A stretch of 20,000 bases of DNA from an uncultured virus (IMG/VR IMGVR_UViG_3300028833_000062) (IMGVR_UViG_3300028833_000062), one strand, 5' to 3'; positions 1 through 9,034 are shown, counted from the stretch's first letter. The notes: generated from the letters alone by a model not told the origin. Program-made: numbers and translations.

Positions 1-965
1 ATGAATTTTTAAATAAATATTCTAAAATAAATCATCTAGATTATTATGTAAAAGCATTGAATAATAATATATATTATTCATATCCATGTAATATGAATGC
101 TTTTTCTCAATTATATAATACTAAATATCCACAAGAAGCAAAAGAAATAATTACTGATGATATAAAGAATTATGGTGTAGAATATAGACGTAATCTTGAA
201 GAAGAAACAATATATTGGGGTGGATTTAAATTTTATATAAATCATATAAAAGGATATTTTGAAAAGATATATGGTAAGACTTGTAAAGAATTACCTGTAG
301 GATTATTTAGAGATATAAGAGTTGATTATACATATATCAATGATTTTTTTGGTGAAAAATATGTAGGTATACCAGAAGATGGTTATACTAAATTAGTTGA
401 AAATATAATTGGAGATGATATTGATATTTTATTAAATACAGATTTTTTTAAGAATAGAGAAAGTTTTATGAATATAGCAAATTTTATTATTTGTACATGT
501 CCAATTGATAAATTCTGTAATTATATATATGGCGCTTTACCATGGTCTACAGTTAAATTTGAATTAAAAGATTTTTCAAAAGAAACTAATAATTTCCTTG
601 GTTTTCCTACTCTTAGAATAACAGATCCAAATAATGGTCTTATTCAAATAGATGAATATAAATGGTTGACACCAAAAAGATATTCTAATGAATATAATTT
701 ACATACATATTTAATGTATACTTATCCTGATAAATGGGATCCAGATAAGAAATGTATATATGCTCTAAATGATAATAAAAGTGAGGAATTATTGACAAAA
801 TATATATCTTTTGTAAAAGAAAATTTTCCAAATGTTTTATTTGGAGGTCGTCAGGGATTATTTAGAAACTTAAATATATGTGAATCTATAAATATAGCTT
901 TTGATTTATCTAACAATATAATTAATAACTTAAAAGAAGCTGACGAAGAAGTAGAGGCTGAATAA
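1..965 (+). CDS. glf: UDP-galactopyranose mutase (Glf)-like flavoprotein, 5'-truncated by the window, divergent active site
   Basis: Frame is open from position 3 (EFLNKYSKINHLDYYVKAL...), so the TTG at 57 is not the real start. Glf-like motifs: YSYPCNMNAF, KYVGIPEDGYTKLVENI, NVLFGGRQG. Confidence 0.8.
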   Translation, partial: EFLNKYSKINHLDYYVKALNNNIYYSYPCNMNAFSQLYNTKYPQEAKEIITDDIKNYGVEYRRNLEEETIYWGGFKFYINHIKGYFEKIYGKTCKELPVGLFRDIRVDYTYINDFFGEKYVGIPEDGYTKLVENIIGDDIDILLNTDFFKNRESFMNIANFIICTCPIDKFCNYIYGALPWSTVKFELKDFSKETNNFLGFPTLRITDPNNGLIQIDEYKWLTPKRYSNEYNLHTYLMYTYPDKWDPDKKCIYALNDNKSEELLTKYISFVKENFPNVLFGGRQGLFRNLNICESINIAFDLSNNIINNLKEADEEVEAE

Positions 966-967
966 TG

Positions 968-982
968 TTATTATTATATATA
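968..982 (+). promoter_or_regulatory. Variant of motif B (TTATTATTATATATA), putative late promoter
   Basis: One mismatch to TTATTTTTATATATA; lies 20 nt before the ATG at 1003, similar to the other copies. Confidence 0.45.
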
Positions 983-1002
983 AAATAATATAAAGTTATA
1001 AA

Positions 1003-2178
1003 ATGTCAAAAGTAACTAATGTTTTAGAAAGAAATTTATCTGATTCAACATCAATAGTATATTATAATAGTTCATCTGTAGATTCTACTTTTGGTGGTGG
1101 ATTAATAAAATATATTTGTGAAAATATTACTGATGTATCTGAACAATGTGAATGTTATGATATAAAAGATTTTAATATTAATGATTTATATTCTTTATCA
1201 TATTCATATGTTGATGTACCTCCTAAAAATACATCATACAGTTATAGTTTTAATAATGAAACTGCTTCATATTCATATTGTTATAGTATAAAAGTTCCAA
1301 CATATATAAATGTTTCATTTGTTGGATGTATTCCCCAGAACAATGTAGCTGATTTAGCTTCAATATATGGTGATACATGTTTATATGTTTTATCAGATAA
1401 AGAAAATCTTAATTCATTAAAGAGTGTATCAAATAAAGTAAGTATTGAATATACACAAAATGATTCATGTACATTAAATCTTTATAAAATAGCATTTGGA
1501 GAATTTGAAGATTCTATTCCTACAGTAATTAAATGTATATCAAATTATGAATTAAAAGAATTTGATAAAGATTATGAAGAAGGTTTAAGATTCAATTATG
1601 GATTTAAACATAATTATACAACATTTAATGAATTCTATTCTAATATTTTAGAAAATATTATTTTAGAGGAAGAAGATGAAAATGTTTCTGAAGAAAGTGT
1701 TAATAATACAATTGTAAAATATATTGATGATGGTGAAAACATTATTAATGAAGATATTGATTCAATAGTAAGAAATGCAGATATACCTCTTAATGATTTA
1801 TGGAAAGTTGGAGGAAAAGATGCCGTTTGTATTTTTACAAACGGTCCAATAAGTAAAGATATTTTAAACAAAATTGACACAGAAAGACTTGTAGTATTTT
1901 ACAGAAATAAAAACAATAATTGGAATTTAGAACTTTTTGCAAAAGAATTTAGTGTAGAAGAATTAACAGAACTTGAAGAAAGACTTGATGTTTTAACACA
2001 AAAACAAAAATTAACTTCAGAAGAAAAGAAAGAATTAACACTTATTAACAATACACTTAACTTTAATTGTGGAGAATATTTGAATAATAATTTTAAAGGT
2101 TTTGGTAATAAATATCATGGTTACAGTTTAATTTCTAATGATAAATTTGTAAAACTTATTAGTACAAAAAAATTCTAA
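1003..2178 (+). CDS. Degenerate DHH/DHHA1-fold protein, paralog of 3847..4860, probably inactive
   Basis: Colinear similarity to 3847..4860: IVYYNSSSVDSTFGGGLIKY vs IIYHFEDNDGCCSCAIMKY; WKVGGKDAVCIF vs FTVDGRPAMLLF; FNCGEYLNNNFKGFGN...KFVKLISTKKF vs FHCGTYLHDKYGGGGH...QFNKILKTKTL. No DHH or GGGH motif. Confidence 0.65.
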   Translation: MSKVTNVLERNLSDSTSIVYYNSSSVDSTFGGGLIKYICENITDVSEQCECYDIKDFNINDLYSLSYSYVDVPPKNTSYSYSFNNETASYSYCYSIKVPTYINVSFVGCIPQNNVADLASIYGDTCLYVLSDKENLNSLKSVSNKVSIEYTQNDSCTLNLYKIAFGEFEDSIPTVIKCISNYELKEFDKDYEEGLRFNYGFKHNYTTFNEFYSNILENIILEEEDENVSEESVNNTIVKYIDDGENIINEDIDSIVRNADIPLNDLWKVGGKDAVCIFTNGPISKDILNKIDTERLVVFYRNKNNNWNLELFAKEFSVEELTELEERLDVLTQKQKLTSEEKKELTLINNTLNFNCGEYLNNNFKGFGNKYHGYSLISNDKFVKLISTKKF

Positions 2179-2214
2179 ATAAACATATACTTTATAAAAT
2201 ATTTACTTTTTGGG

Positions 2215-2249
2215 ATGAGAGTCATATTTATTATGGCTCTCATTTTTTT
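2215..2249 (+). terminator. Intrinsic terminator
   Basis: Stem ATGAGAGTCATA / TATGGCTCTCAT (one G:U pair) followed by a T tract. Confidence 0.8.
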
Positions 2250-2275
2250 GAATTATATTTAAATTATTCTATATT
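2248..2275 (+). promoter_or_regulatory. Motif A promoter TTGAAT-N16-TATATT, putative early
   Basis: TTGAAT at 2248-2253 and TATATT at 2270-2275; the same arrangement recurs at four other operon starts. Confidence 0.65.
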
Positions 2276-2300
2276 ATAATGTATTTAAAACAAAAGTATA

Positions 2301-2651
2301 ATGGAATTAGTAAAGGTAAACTGTTTGTTATTTACTTCAATACAAGATGATACATATCGTGGAGCTAAAACTAGACTTACTGAATTTGCAACAAATTATA
2401 TAAAGGATAATAATGGATATGATATGCTATTAAATGTAGATAGTATTGTATCTGTTTCTGAAATTAGTTATAAAACTGTTGCTGGTAAAAGAATATATGG
2501 TTTTTATGTATTGACTAATAACAACTATAAATATTGGATAATAAATAATGAAAATAATTATGGTCCATTAGAGTCTTTTATATTTAAAAAGGATGATAAA
2601 AAACTTATAATTAAACCTGATGAAAAGTTACATCTTAATAAAAAGAGATAA
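2301..2651 (+). CDS. Hypothetical protein ending in EKLHLNKKR
   Basis: 116-aa ORF after promoter A; its stop overlaps the next start (TAATG). Confidence 0.75.
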   Translation: MELVKVNCLLFTSIQDDTYRGAKTRLTEFATNYIKDNNGYDMLLNVDSIVSVSEISYKTVAGKRIYGFYVLTNNNYKYWIINNENNYGPLESFIFKKDDKKLIIKPDEKLHLNKKR

Positions 2652-2992
2652 TGAGTAAAAGAATAGTCATATTTCTAGATGATTATCGTAAACCTAATAA
2701 GTATGTAAACATGAATTTAAATCGTGTTTACCAGGCTTATTCATATAAGGATTTTATTGATTTAGTAAATAATCTATATAGAAAATATAATACTATTGAT
2801 GAGGTATGGTTTGACCATGATCTTGGTCCAGTAGATCAAGGTAATGGTCTTGATTGTGCAAAATATCTTGTAAATTTTTGTATTGAAAATAATATGACTC
2901 TTCCACAGTATCATATTCAATCTGCTAATTCTGTTGGTAAGGCTAATATAGATTCTTATTTAAAATCATATCTAAAAAGTTTAACATTATAA
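2651..2992 (+). CDS. Cyclic-phosphate-processing receiver-like (cREC) domain protein
   Basis: Motifs IFLDDYRKP, VWFDHDLG, NGLDCAKYL and IQSANSVG match this family as recalled. Confidence 0.8.
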   Translation: MSKRIVIFLDDYRKPNKYVNMNLNRVYQAYSYKDFIDLVNNLYRKYNTIDEVWFDHDLGPVDQGNGLDCAKYLVNFCIENNMTLPQYHIQSANSVGKANIDSYLKSYLKSLTL

Positions 2993-3027
2993 TTTCTATA
3001 TTAATATAACAATATTGCGATTTATTA

Positions 3028-3546
3028 ATGTTAGAATTAAAATATTCATATAAAAATTTCTTTGAATGGTATAAAGAAGAACATGCAAAATGGGATAAAG
3101 AAAATCCTCATGATATGTATGATTGTGGAATAAGTAAAGAGATGTTTAAGTATTTCATTTTGCAATATCTTTATGATGGACCTATTACAGCTACTGATTA
3201 TGATAAATTAAAAGATATTCTTATAAAACATTCTAAAAGATATTTTAAAGAATGTTTATATTTAAAATTTTTACATAAAGAATATAAACCTAAAGCAAGA
3301 GATGATTTTGATGAATATTTGAATAAAAAATATGAAAATTTCAATACTCGTTTTGATAATAGTAAATATAATCAAATATCAGATGAAGTATTTGTTGAAT
3401 ACTGTCAATTATATTTAGATGGTTTTTATTTATCAGAAGATCCAATAAGTACATCACAATATGATTTGAATTCTTTACATGATATACTTATTAAACATTC
3501 AAAAAGATTTAAAATAGAAAAATATTTATATCAATTATTTAAATGA
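3028..3546 (+). CDS. Hypothetical protein made of two tandem homologous halves
   Basis: DILIKHSKR occurs twice, each preceded by similar IS.E.F...YL and PI.... segments. Confidence 0.75.
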   Translation: MLELKYSYKNFFEWYKEEHAKWDKENPHDMYDCGISKEMFKYFILQYLYDGPITATDYDKLKDILIKHSKRYFKECLYLKFLHKEYKPKARDDFDEYLNKKYENFNTRFDNSKYNQISDEVFVEYCQLYLDGFYLSEDPISTSQYDLNSLHDILIKHSKRFKIEKYLYQLFK

Positions 3547-3854
3547 ATAAACTAAAAAATTATGATAATAATTTTATAGAAATACAATATATATATTATA
3601 ATGATCATGATAAATTTTGTCCTCTTACAGAACAACAAGATTTTATTTTTATTGAAACAAATATAAATCCTAATTATATAATTGAAATAACTAAGCCAAA
3701 ATTATCAAATTTATCTGTAAAAGGATATTATTCAACTTATTCTAGAACTATTGAAAAAGTATATTTTACAATATTTTTATCAAACAATAGAAAATTATAT
3801 TTATTAGAAGATCAATACGATAAATTTAAACATTTAATATACAATAATGAATAA
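3543..3854 (+). CDS. Hypothetical protein
   Basis: 103-aa ORF with an ATGA overlap with the upstream gene and an overlap with the downstream gene. Confidence 0.7.
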   Translation: MNKLKNYDNNFIEIQYIYYNDHDKFCPLTEQQDFIFIETNINPNYIIEITKPKLSNLSVKGYYSTYSRTIEKVYFTIFLSNNRKLYLLEDQYDKFKHLIYNNE

Positions 3855-4860
3855 CGATAAGAAATACTTGATTATTTATCATTTTGAAGATAATGATGGT
3901 TGTTGCTCTTGTGCAATTATGAAATATTATCTTGTAAATGAGCTTGGTGTTGATGAGAATAATATTACACTTTTTGGTGCGAATTATGCTATACTTTCTA
4001 AAGTATATGCTGATAATTTTAATTTTATCTTAAATAAGAAAGAATATAATATTCTTGATTTTGATTCTGTTATAATGACAGATATTTCTTTCAATGATTT
4101 TAATGCTATAAAAACTCTTTATGAAGAGTTTGGTAATAATTTTACTTGGATTGATCATCACGCACCAATTATTACAGAAAGTATAAAAAGAAAATATGAT
4201 ACTCTTATTAATGGTGTAAGAGATACTCATCGTTCTGCACTTCTTAATGCTTATAAGTATTGTTATGATCCTCTTGATATCAAATATACTAATGGTGAAG
4301 CTCCTTATCTTTTAAGAGTACTTTCTGCTTGGGATAGTTTTACATTTGAAAGTGAAGGAATTGATTTTGAATATGCAAGAAAAGTAAATATGGGATTTAC
4401 TTCTTGGTATAAACTTAATACAGATATTTGGTATAATAATATTGGTAATTTTATCAATGGTACATATGAATTTAATAAATCATATGCTGATGAAGGATGT
4501 AAACTTGGAAAGAAAGAAGCTGATGAATATGATAAAAGAAATGAAAGTATAATCAAGAATTTTGGAATGTCAGGATTCACTGTAGATGGTCGCCCGGCGA
4601 TGCTTCTTTTTATGTCTGAAGGCACTTCTAGCCTTATCTTTAAGTCTGTATCGGATAAATATAAAAATGGCATCTGCGCTAAAACATCGCCTACTGGAAA
4701 TATTATAATATCTCTTTATAATACTGATAGAATGGATCATACTTTCCATTGTGGAACTTATCTTCATGATAAATATGGTGGAGGTGGTCATGAAGGTGCA
4801 GCAGGTACTACAATTACTATTGAACAGTTTAATAAGATTCTTAAAACAAAAACTTTATAA
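3847..4860 (+). CDS. DHH/DHHA1 family phosphoesterase (NrnA/NrnB-like)
   Basis: IIYH..DNDG, MTDISF, WIDHH and C-terminal GGGGHEGAAG are all present. Confidence 0.9.
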   Translation: MNNDKKYLIIYHFEDNDGCCSCAIMKYYLVNELGVDENNITLFGANYAILSKVYADNFNFILNKKEYNILDFDSVIMTDISFNDFNAIKTLYEEFGNNFTWIDHHAPIITESIKRKYDTLINGVRDTHRSALLNAYKYCYDPLDIKYTNGEAPYLLRVLSAWDSFTFESEGIDFEYARKVNMGFTSWYKLNTDIWYNNIGNFINGTYEFNKSYADEGCKLGKKEADEYDKRNESIIKNFGMSGFTVDGRPAMLLFMSEGTSSLIFKSVSDKYKNGICAKTSPTGNIIISLYNTDRMDHTFHCGTYLHDKYGGGGHEGAAGTTITIEQFNKILKTKTL

Positions 4861-5246
4861 TGAAATACAATAAATATATAATAGTTTGTAATAATGTAAG
4901 TAAGTATGATACTGATACAATAGCAAATATTATTAAAAATGAAATATCAGAAAAATGGTTTACTCCAACAACAAATACATGGATAATTGCAAAACCTATT
5001 GATAATGAAATTTCTTCAGCTGCTGATATTAGAAATAAAATTACTTCTAGAGTATCATGTAGTGTTTTTGTAATGCAAATAAAAACAGTAAAAAATTCTG
5101 CAGCAAATGGAGAATTTGCAAAAGAAAAAACTTGGGATTGGGTTAAAAAATTCGATACTAATGATTTAGAAAGTAATTTTGATATACCAAATGCTGGTAT
5201 TTCTATACCAAATAGTGAAATTTCTAATAATTGTTTAAGCTTATAA
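4860..5246 (+). CDS. Hypothetical protein, possibly a small ferredoxin/Cas2-like fold
   Basis: Pattern KYIIV...W...NTWII...SAADIR...VFVMQI...G...WDWV resembles small Cas2-like proteins; no CRISPR context. Confidence 0.5.
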   Translation: MKYNKYIIVCNNVSKYDTDTIANIIKNEISEKWFTPTTNTWIIAKPIDNEISSAADIRNKITSRVSCSVFVMQIKTVKNSAANGEFAKEKTWDWVKKFDTNDLESNFDIPNAGISIPNSEISNNCLSL

Positions 5247-5250
5247 TAAA

Positions 5251-5284
5251 AGAGAAGAATCCTTAATTAAGGATTCTTTTTTTT
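5251..5284. terminator. Bidirectional terminator between convergent genes
   Basis: Perfect palindrome AAGAATCCTTAATTAAGGATTCTT (5255-5278) with A-rich and T-rich flanks. Confidence 0.85.
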
Positions 5285-5287
5285 ATT

Positions 5288-6349
5288 TTAAGCTGCATTT
5301 TGAACAGTCCATCCATCTGGTATACCATTTATACCACTTGGGAAGTCTGACATAGAACTTGATTTAATAAATGTACCACTTGCAGCTACATACTGTACCC
5401 AAGAATCAAGACAATATCTATAAGTAGTAATATCTGTTGCAAGACATTTAATATAATTAAGACTTGAACAATATTTGAACATTGAACCATAAGAACCTTC
5501 ATGTAATTGAGGTGCAGGTAATTCTGGCGCAGTAGTTAGAGATGTGCAACCTTCAAACATAGATCCATAACAATAATTTGTTAATGATGTAGCAGGAAGT
5601 ATAAGATTTTGTGCACTAGTTAATCCAGTACAGTTTTTAAATAAACCACTAAATGCATTTGCTATATCTATAGAATAAATTGAACTAAAATTATTTAAAC
5701 TATATATGCTCATTATATTACCACTTACACTAAATCCTGCAGTGGATGAATCAAAATTAATATTCTTATATCTATAACAATTACCTCTAAATTTAACAAT
5801 ATCCCCAACAGAAACAGATATTGTACTTGTTACGCTAACCCAAGAACCTCCATTCTTTTGATATTCATAAGAACCATTATCTATGCTTGATATATTAGTA
5901 GCTATATTACCAGCAGATGTAATATTAAATGTAAGATATTCTTGAGAATAATCTGTTTCTGGATTTACAGGAGCTACATAAGTTGCAGTATATGAAACAA
6001 CTTCACTTGAAAATCCATCTTTTGTTGCATAGGCATAATAAGTTCCACTTTGAGATATACTTATAGCAGAACTATAGACTAAATAATCTGCATCATTACT
6101 TTCTTTATAATATATAGTAGAACCATCTGTAGAACAAGTAATTGTAATAGTATTATTTGAAAATGAAAATACTGGTTCTGATACAGTAGTAATTGGTTCA
6201 CTTCCACCAGATGTTTCAATTGCCGCTATATAAAGAGCAAATTGGTCTAATTTAACAGTACTTGGAACAGTTACTCCTTTAGCTTGTATAGCTGACCTTA
6301 TAGCAGCCTTGGCATTTATTAATCTAGTTATTTCAGATGCTATACTCAT
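5288..6349 (-). CDS. Putative virion adhesin/fibre tip: helical N-terminus, Fn3/CHB_HEX_C-like domain, BspA-like leucine-rich repeats
   Basis: N-terminus MSIASEITRL..AKAAIRSAIQAKGVTVP; EPVFSFSNNTITITCSTDGSTIYY; repeats LPATSLTNYCYGSMFEGCTSLTTAPELPA. Confidence 0.7.
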   Translation of the reverse strand: MSIASEITRLINAKAAIRSAIQAKGVTVPSTVKLDQFALYIAAIETSGGSEPITTVSEPVFSFSNNTITITCSTDGSTIYYKESNDADYLVYSSAISISQSGTYYAYATKDGFSSEVVSYTATYVAPVNPETDYSQEYLTFNITSAGNIATNISSIDNGSYEYQKNGGSWVSVTSTISVSVGDIVKFRGNCYRYKNINFDSSTAGFSVSGNIMSIYSLNNFSSIYSIDIANAFSGLFKNCTGLTSAQNLILPATSLTNYCYGSMFEGCTSLTTAPELPAPQLHEGSYGSMFKYCSSLNYIKCLATDITTYRYCLDSWVQYVAASGTFIKSSSMSDFPSGINGIPDGWTVQNAA

Positions 6350-6399
6350 AATTATATATTCTTTAATTTATTATCCATAATTACCAATTTATATTGATA

Positions 6400-8949
6400 T
6401 TATATTGTTGCTAAAATTGATTCAATATCACCTATCTTCGTTTCAATTTCTCCAATAACTTGTTGAAGTGTATTCCCTGAAGATGGATTTGTTCCATCAT
6501 ATCCTCCAATATTATATGCGTATATATCTCCATTGGCCATTACTTCAAAAGCATTTTTTCTTTGTTCTGAAGAACCTATACCAATAGAATGCCTTGTTTT
6601 TTCAGAATCTGTTTCTCCAGTATGTGAAAAATTATATATTCCTTCGCCATGTTCACCTGAATTTGTTACATATGTATAAATTCCTTCTGCATGTGCTCCA
6701 GAGGCAGAAGAATATGAATATGAATGATTTCCTTCAACATGTGCGGCAAAACCATTATTTATACTATAAAACCCTTCAACATGTGAAGCGCCAGAATAAG
6801 TATATGTATACATACCTTCAGAATGAGAACCTGGTCCTCCTAAAACATATGTAGTCTCTCCTTCTGCATGAGAAGCTTTTGCACTTGCAGATATATATGT
6901 TAAACTTCCTTCTACATGTGAATCTTGACCATTTACAATTGTTCTAAATCCTTCTGCATGAGAAGCCATTCCAGATGCATATGTATTTTGTCCTTCAGCA
7001 TGAGAATATATATTATTTGCATATGTAATATATCCTTCAGCATGGGAATACATACCATTCGCATAAGTATTTTTACCTTCAGCATGTGAAAATCCATCTG
7101 TTGCATAAGTACCATATCCTTCAGCGAAAGATGCAATACCACTTGCTGTTGCACCAGTTCCTTTTTGCTGAATACTATATTTACCAGAACCTTTTTCAAA
7201 AACTGAGTCATTCTCTAAAGATTTTATAATATCCTGAACTGTTTTAGAAGGTTCATCTTCGTCTGTTTTTAGATTATAGCCTTCATAATTACCAACACCA
7301 TATAAATAAATATCACCATTCTGCATAATCTCAAAGGCGTTTTTATGATCATAAATATCATCAGTACCTATGCCAACTGAATGCTGAGTATTACCGTCGT
7401 CACCATAAAGAATGGATGCTTTATGCGACACGTTGTATTTTCCTTCAGCATGCTCACTGTCATTATTAGTCTTAGTATGAAGGCCTTCAGCGTGAGAACC
7501 TGGTCCTGATGCTAGTGTATAATGACCTTCAGCGTGAGAACTTTCTCCACCTGCTATTGTAGAATTACCTTCAGCATGAGTATTATATCCACCTGCTATT
7601 GTAGAATTACCTTCAGCATGTGAATTTAATCCTTTTGCAACAGCTCCTGTTCCCTTTTGTTGGACACTGTTTTCACCTATGCCTTTGTTCCACACAGAAT
7701 CACTCTCTAATGATGTTATAATATCCTGAACTGTTTTAGAAGGTTTATCTTCGTCTGTTTTTAGATTATTGCCTTCATAATCACCAATACCATAAAGATA
7801 AATGTCGCCATTTTTCATAACTTCGAAGGCATTCTTACGGTCTGATTCAGATGTACCTATACCAATTGAATGCCTAGTGTCTGTATTGGATTTATTATAA
7901 GTACCTTCGGCATGCTCACTGGCATTATTTGTCTCAGTATGAAACCCCTCTACATGGGACCTTTCTCCTTTAGCTTCACAAGAAGCTCCTTCAGCATGTG
8001 AATTAGCTCCAGATGCTTTAGTATTATAATTCTCAGAATGGGAATTAGTTCCGCTTGCTATAGTCTGATAACCTTCAGCATGAGAACGATTACCAAGGGC
8101 AAGATTATCTTTACCCTCAGCATGAGACGCAGCACCCTTTGCTAATATAAATTTATTAGCATTCCAATCTTCAATAATGCCGTCATTTGATTTGGTAACA
8201 GTTTCATCAGAAACATTAGTTTGTGAATGACCCTCTGCATGAGAAATTTGACCTGAAGCCCTGGTATTTAGACCTTCCGCATGAGAATAAGGACCTTCAG
8301 CCAAAGTATGTTTTCCTTCAGCATGAGAACTATTACCTGATGATTGTGTACCATTACCTTCAGCATGAGAATAATTTCCAGCATCAGTATTTGTTGAAAT
8401 TGATGGTCTATCTCCAGCACCAGCAACAGTATTTATACCTTCAGCATGAGATGTATTACCAGTAGTTAATGTTTTGCTTCCTTCAGCATGAGAGCCATAA
8501 CCTTCGGCAATTGTTAAATTACCCTCAGCATGTGTCATACCGCCTTTTGCATATGTATGACTTCCTTCAGCATGACTGTATTGCCCTTCAGCTGTACTTC
8601 TTGTTGGGTGTCCAGATACAATACTATTACCGCCACCTTCTGCATGACTATATCTACCTATTGCATGTGCTGCCCCTTCAGAATGACTTGCATATCCTTC
8701 TGCTTTGGAAAAAAGTTTTTCTTCGCCAGAAGCAGGTTCGCCACCTTGAAGATTATCACTACCTTCAGCAAAAGATGCAATACCGCTGGCTTCTACATCA
8801 GTTCCCTTTTGCTGAACAGAATTTGTACCAATACCTTTTTCAACAGGTACAGCAGTATAATCTACATATTCACTTAAAATATTATCTGATAAGTATGAAT
8901 TGTATTGATTTAAAGCGTTTACAACAAACTCTCTTACACTATTTGCCAT
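6400..8949 (-). CDS. Putative tail fibre/adhesin with about 14-aa SHAEG (YadA-head-like) repeats in three modules
   Basis: Dozens of S/xHAEG repeats; three modules, each opened by KGxGxxS[VI]QQKGT and closed by HS[IV]GIG...KNAFE[VI]MxNGDIY. Confidence 0.8.
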   Translation of the reverse strand: MANSVREFVVNALNQYNSYLSDNILSEYVDYTAVPVEKGIGTNSVQQKGTDVEASGIASFAEGSDNLQGGEPASGEEKLFSKAEGYASHSEGAAHAIGRYSHAEGGGNSIVSGHPTRSTAEGQYSHAEGSHTYAKGGMTHAEGNLTIAEGYGSHAEGSKTLTTGNTSHAEGINTVAGAGDRPSISTNTDAGNYSHAEGNGTQSSGNSSHAEGKHTLAEGPYSHAEGLNTRASGQISHAEGHSQTNVSDETVTKSNDGIIEDWNANKFILAKGAASHAEGKDNLALGNRSHAEGYQTIASGTNSHSENYNTKASGANSHAEGASCEAKGERSHVEGFHTETNNASEHAEGTYNKSNTDTRHSIGIGTSESDRKNAFEVMKNGDIYLYGIGDYEGNNLKTDEDKPSKTVQDIITSLESDSVWNKGIGENSVQQKGTGAVAKGLNSHAEGNSTIAGGYNTHAEGNSTIAGGESSHAEGHYTLASGPGSHAEGLHTKTNNDSEHAEGKYNVSHKASILYGDDGNTQHSVGIGTDDIYDHKNAFEIMQNGDIYLYGVGNYEGYNLKTDEDEPSKTVQDIIKSLENDSVFEKGSGKYSIQQKGTGATASGIASFAEGYGTYATDGFSHAEGKNTYANGMYSHAEGYITYANNIYSHAEGQNTYASGMASHAEGFRTIVNGQDSHVEGSLTYISASAKASHAEGETTYVLGGPGSHSEGMYTYTYSGASHVEGFYSINNGFAAHVEGNHSYSYSSASGAHAEGIYTYVTNSGEHGEGIYNFSHTGETDSEKTRHSIGIGSSEQRKNAFEVMANGDIYAYNIGGYDGTNPSSGNTLQQVIGEIETKIGDIESILATI
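7224..7781. repeat. 66-bp direct repeat (7224-7289 and 7716-7781, 2 mismatches, 492-nt offset)
   Basis: TTATAATATCCTGAACTGTTTTAGAAGGTT[C/T]ATCTTCGTCTGTTTTTAGATTAT[A/T]GCCTTCATAAT occurs twice. Confidence 0.9.
7546..7620. repeat. Exact 33-bp repeat at a 42-nt period (HAEGNSTIAGG twice)
   Basis: TCCACCTGCTATTGTAGAATTACCTTCAGCATG at 7546-7578 and 7588-7620. Confidence 0.9.
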
Positions 8950-8969
8950 ATACTTTCTAATTAATCTAT

Positions 8970-8984
8970 TATATATAAAAATAA
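8970..8984 (-). promoter_or_regulatory. Motif B TTATTTTTATATATA, putative late promoter
   Basis: Exact copy 20 nt upstream of the ATG at 8949. Confidence 0.6.
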
Positions 8985-9011
8985 AAATCTCTCATTATAA
9001 ATGAGAGATTT
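8977..9011 (-). terminator. Intrinsic terminator whose T tail runs into motif B
   Basis: Stem AAATCTCTCATT / AATGAGAGATTT (8985-9011), with a T-rich tail on the minus strand. Confidence 0.75.
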
Positions 9012-9034
9012 AATATTAAATAAAATTATTTCTA

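Noticed and set aside
57..59. TTG start for the Glf-like gene
   Set aside because: The frame and the Glf similarity continue upstream to the window edge.
2990..3010. Motif A promoter before ORF 3028
   Set aside because: Only CTATATT is present; there is no TTGAAT at the expected distance.
2301..3854. Paralogy of ORFs 2301 and 3543 (LLNVDSIVSV vs NINPNYIIEI)
   Set aside because: The similarity is too weak to support without a profile comparison.
4860..5246. Calling this gene cas2
   Set aside because: Only a loose fold-level resemblance; it lacks the N-terminal YD motif and there are no cas genes or arrays.
6400..8949. CRISPR array or DGR template/variable repeat suggested by recurring CCTTCAGCATG and the 66-bp repeat
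   Set aside because: The repeats are in-frame codons for HAEG and for a linker inside one ORF. There is no repeat-spacer structure, no non-coding template copy and no reverse transcriptase in the window.
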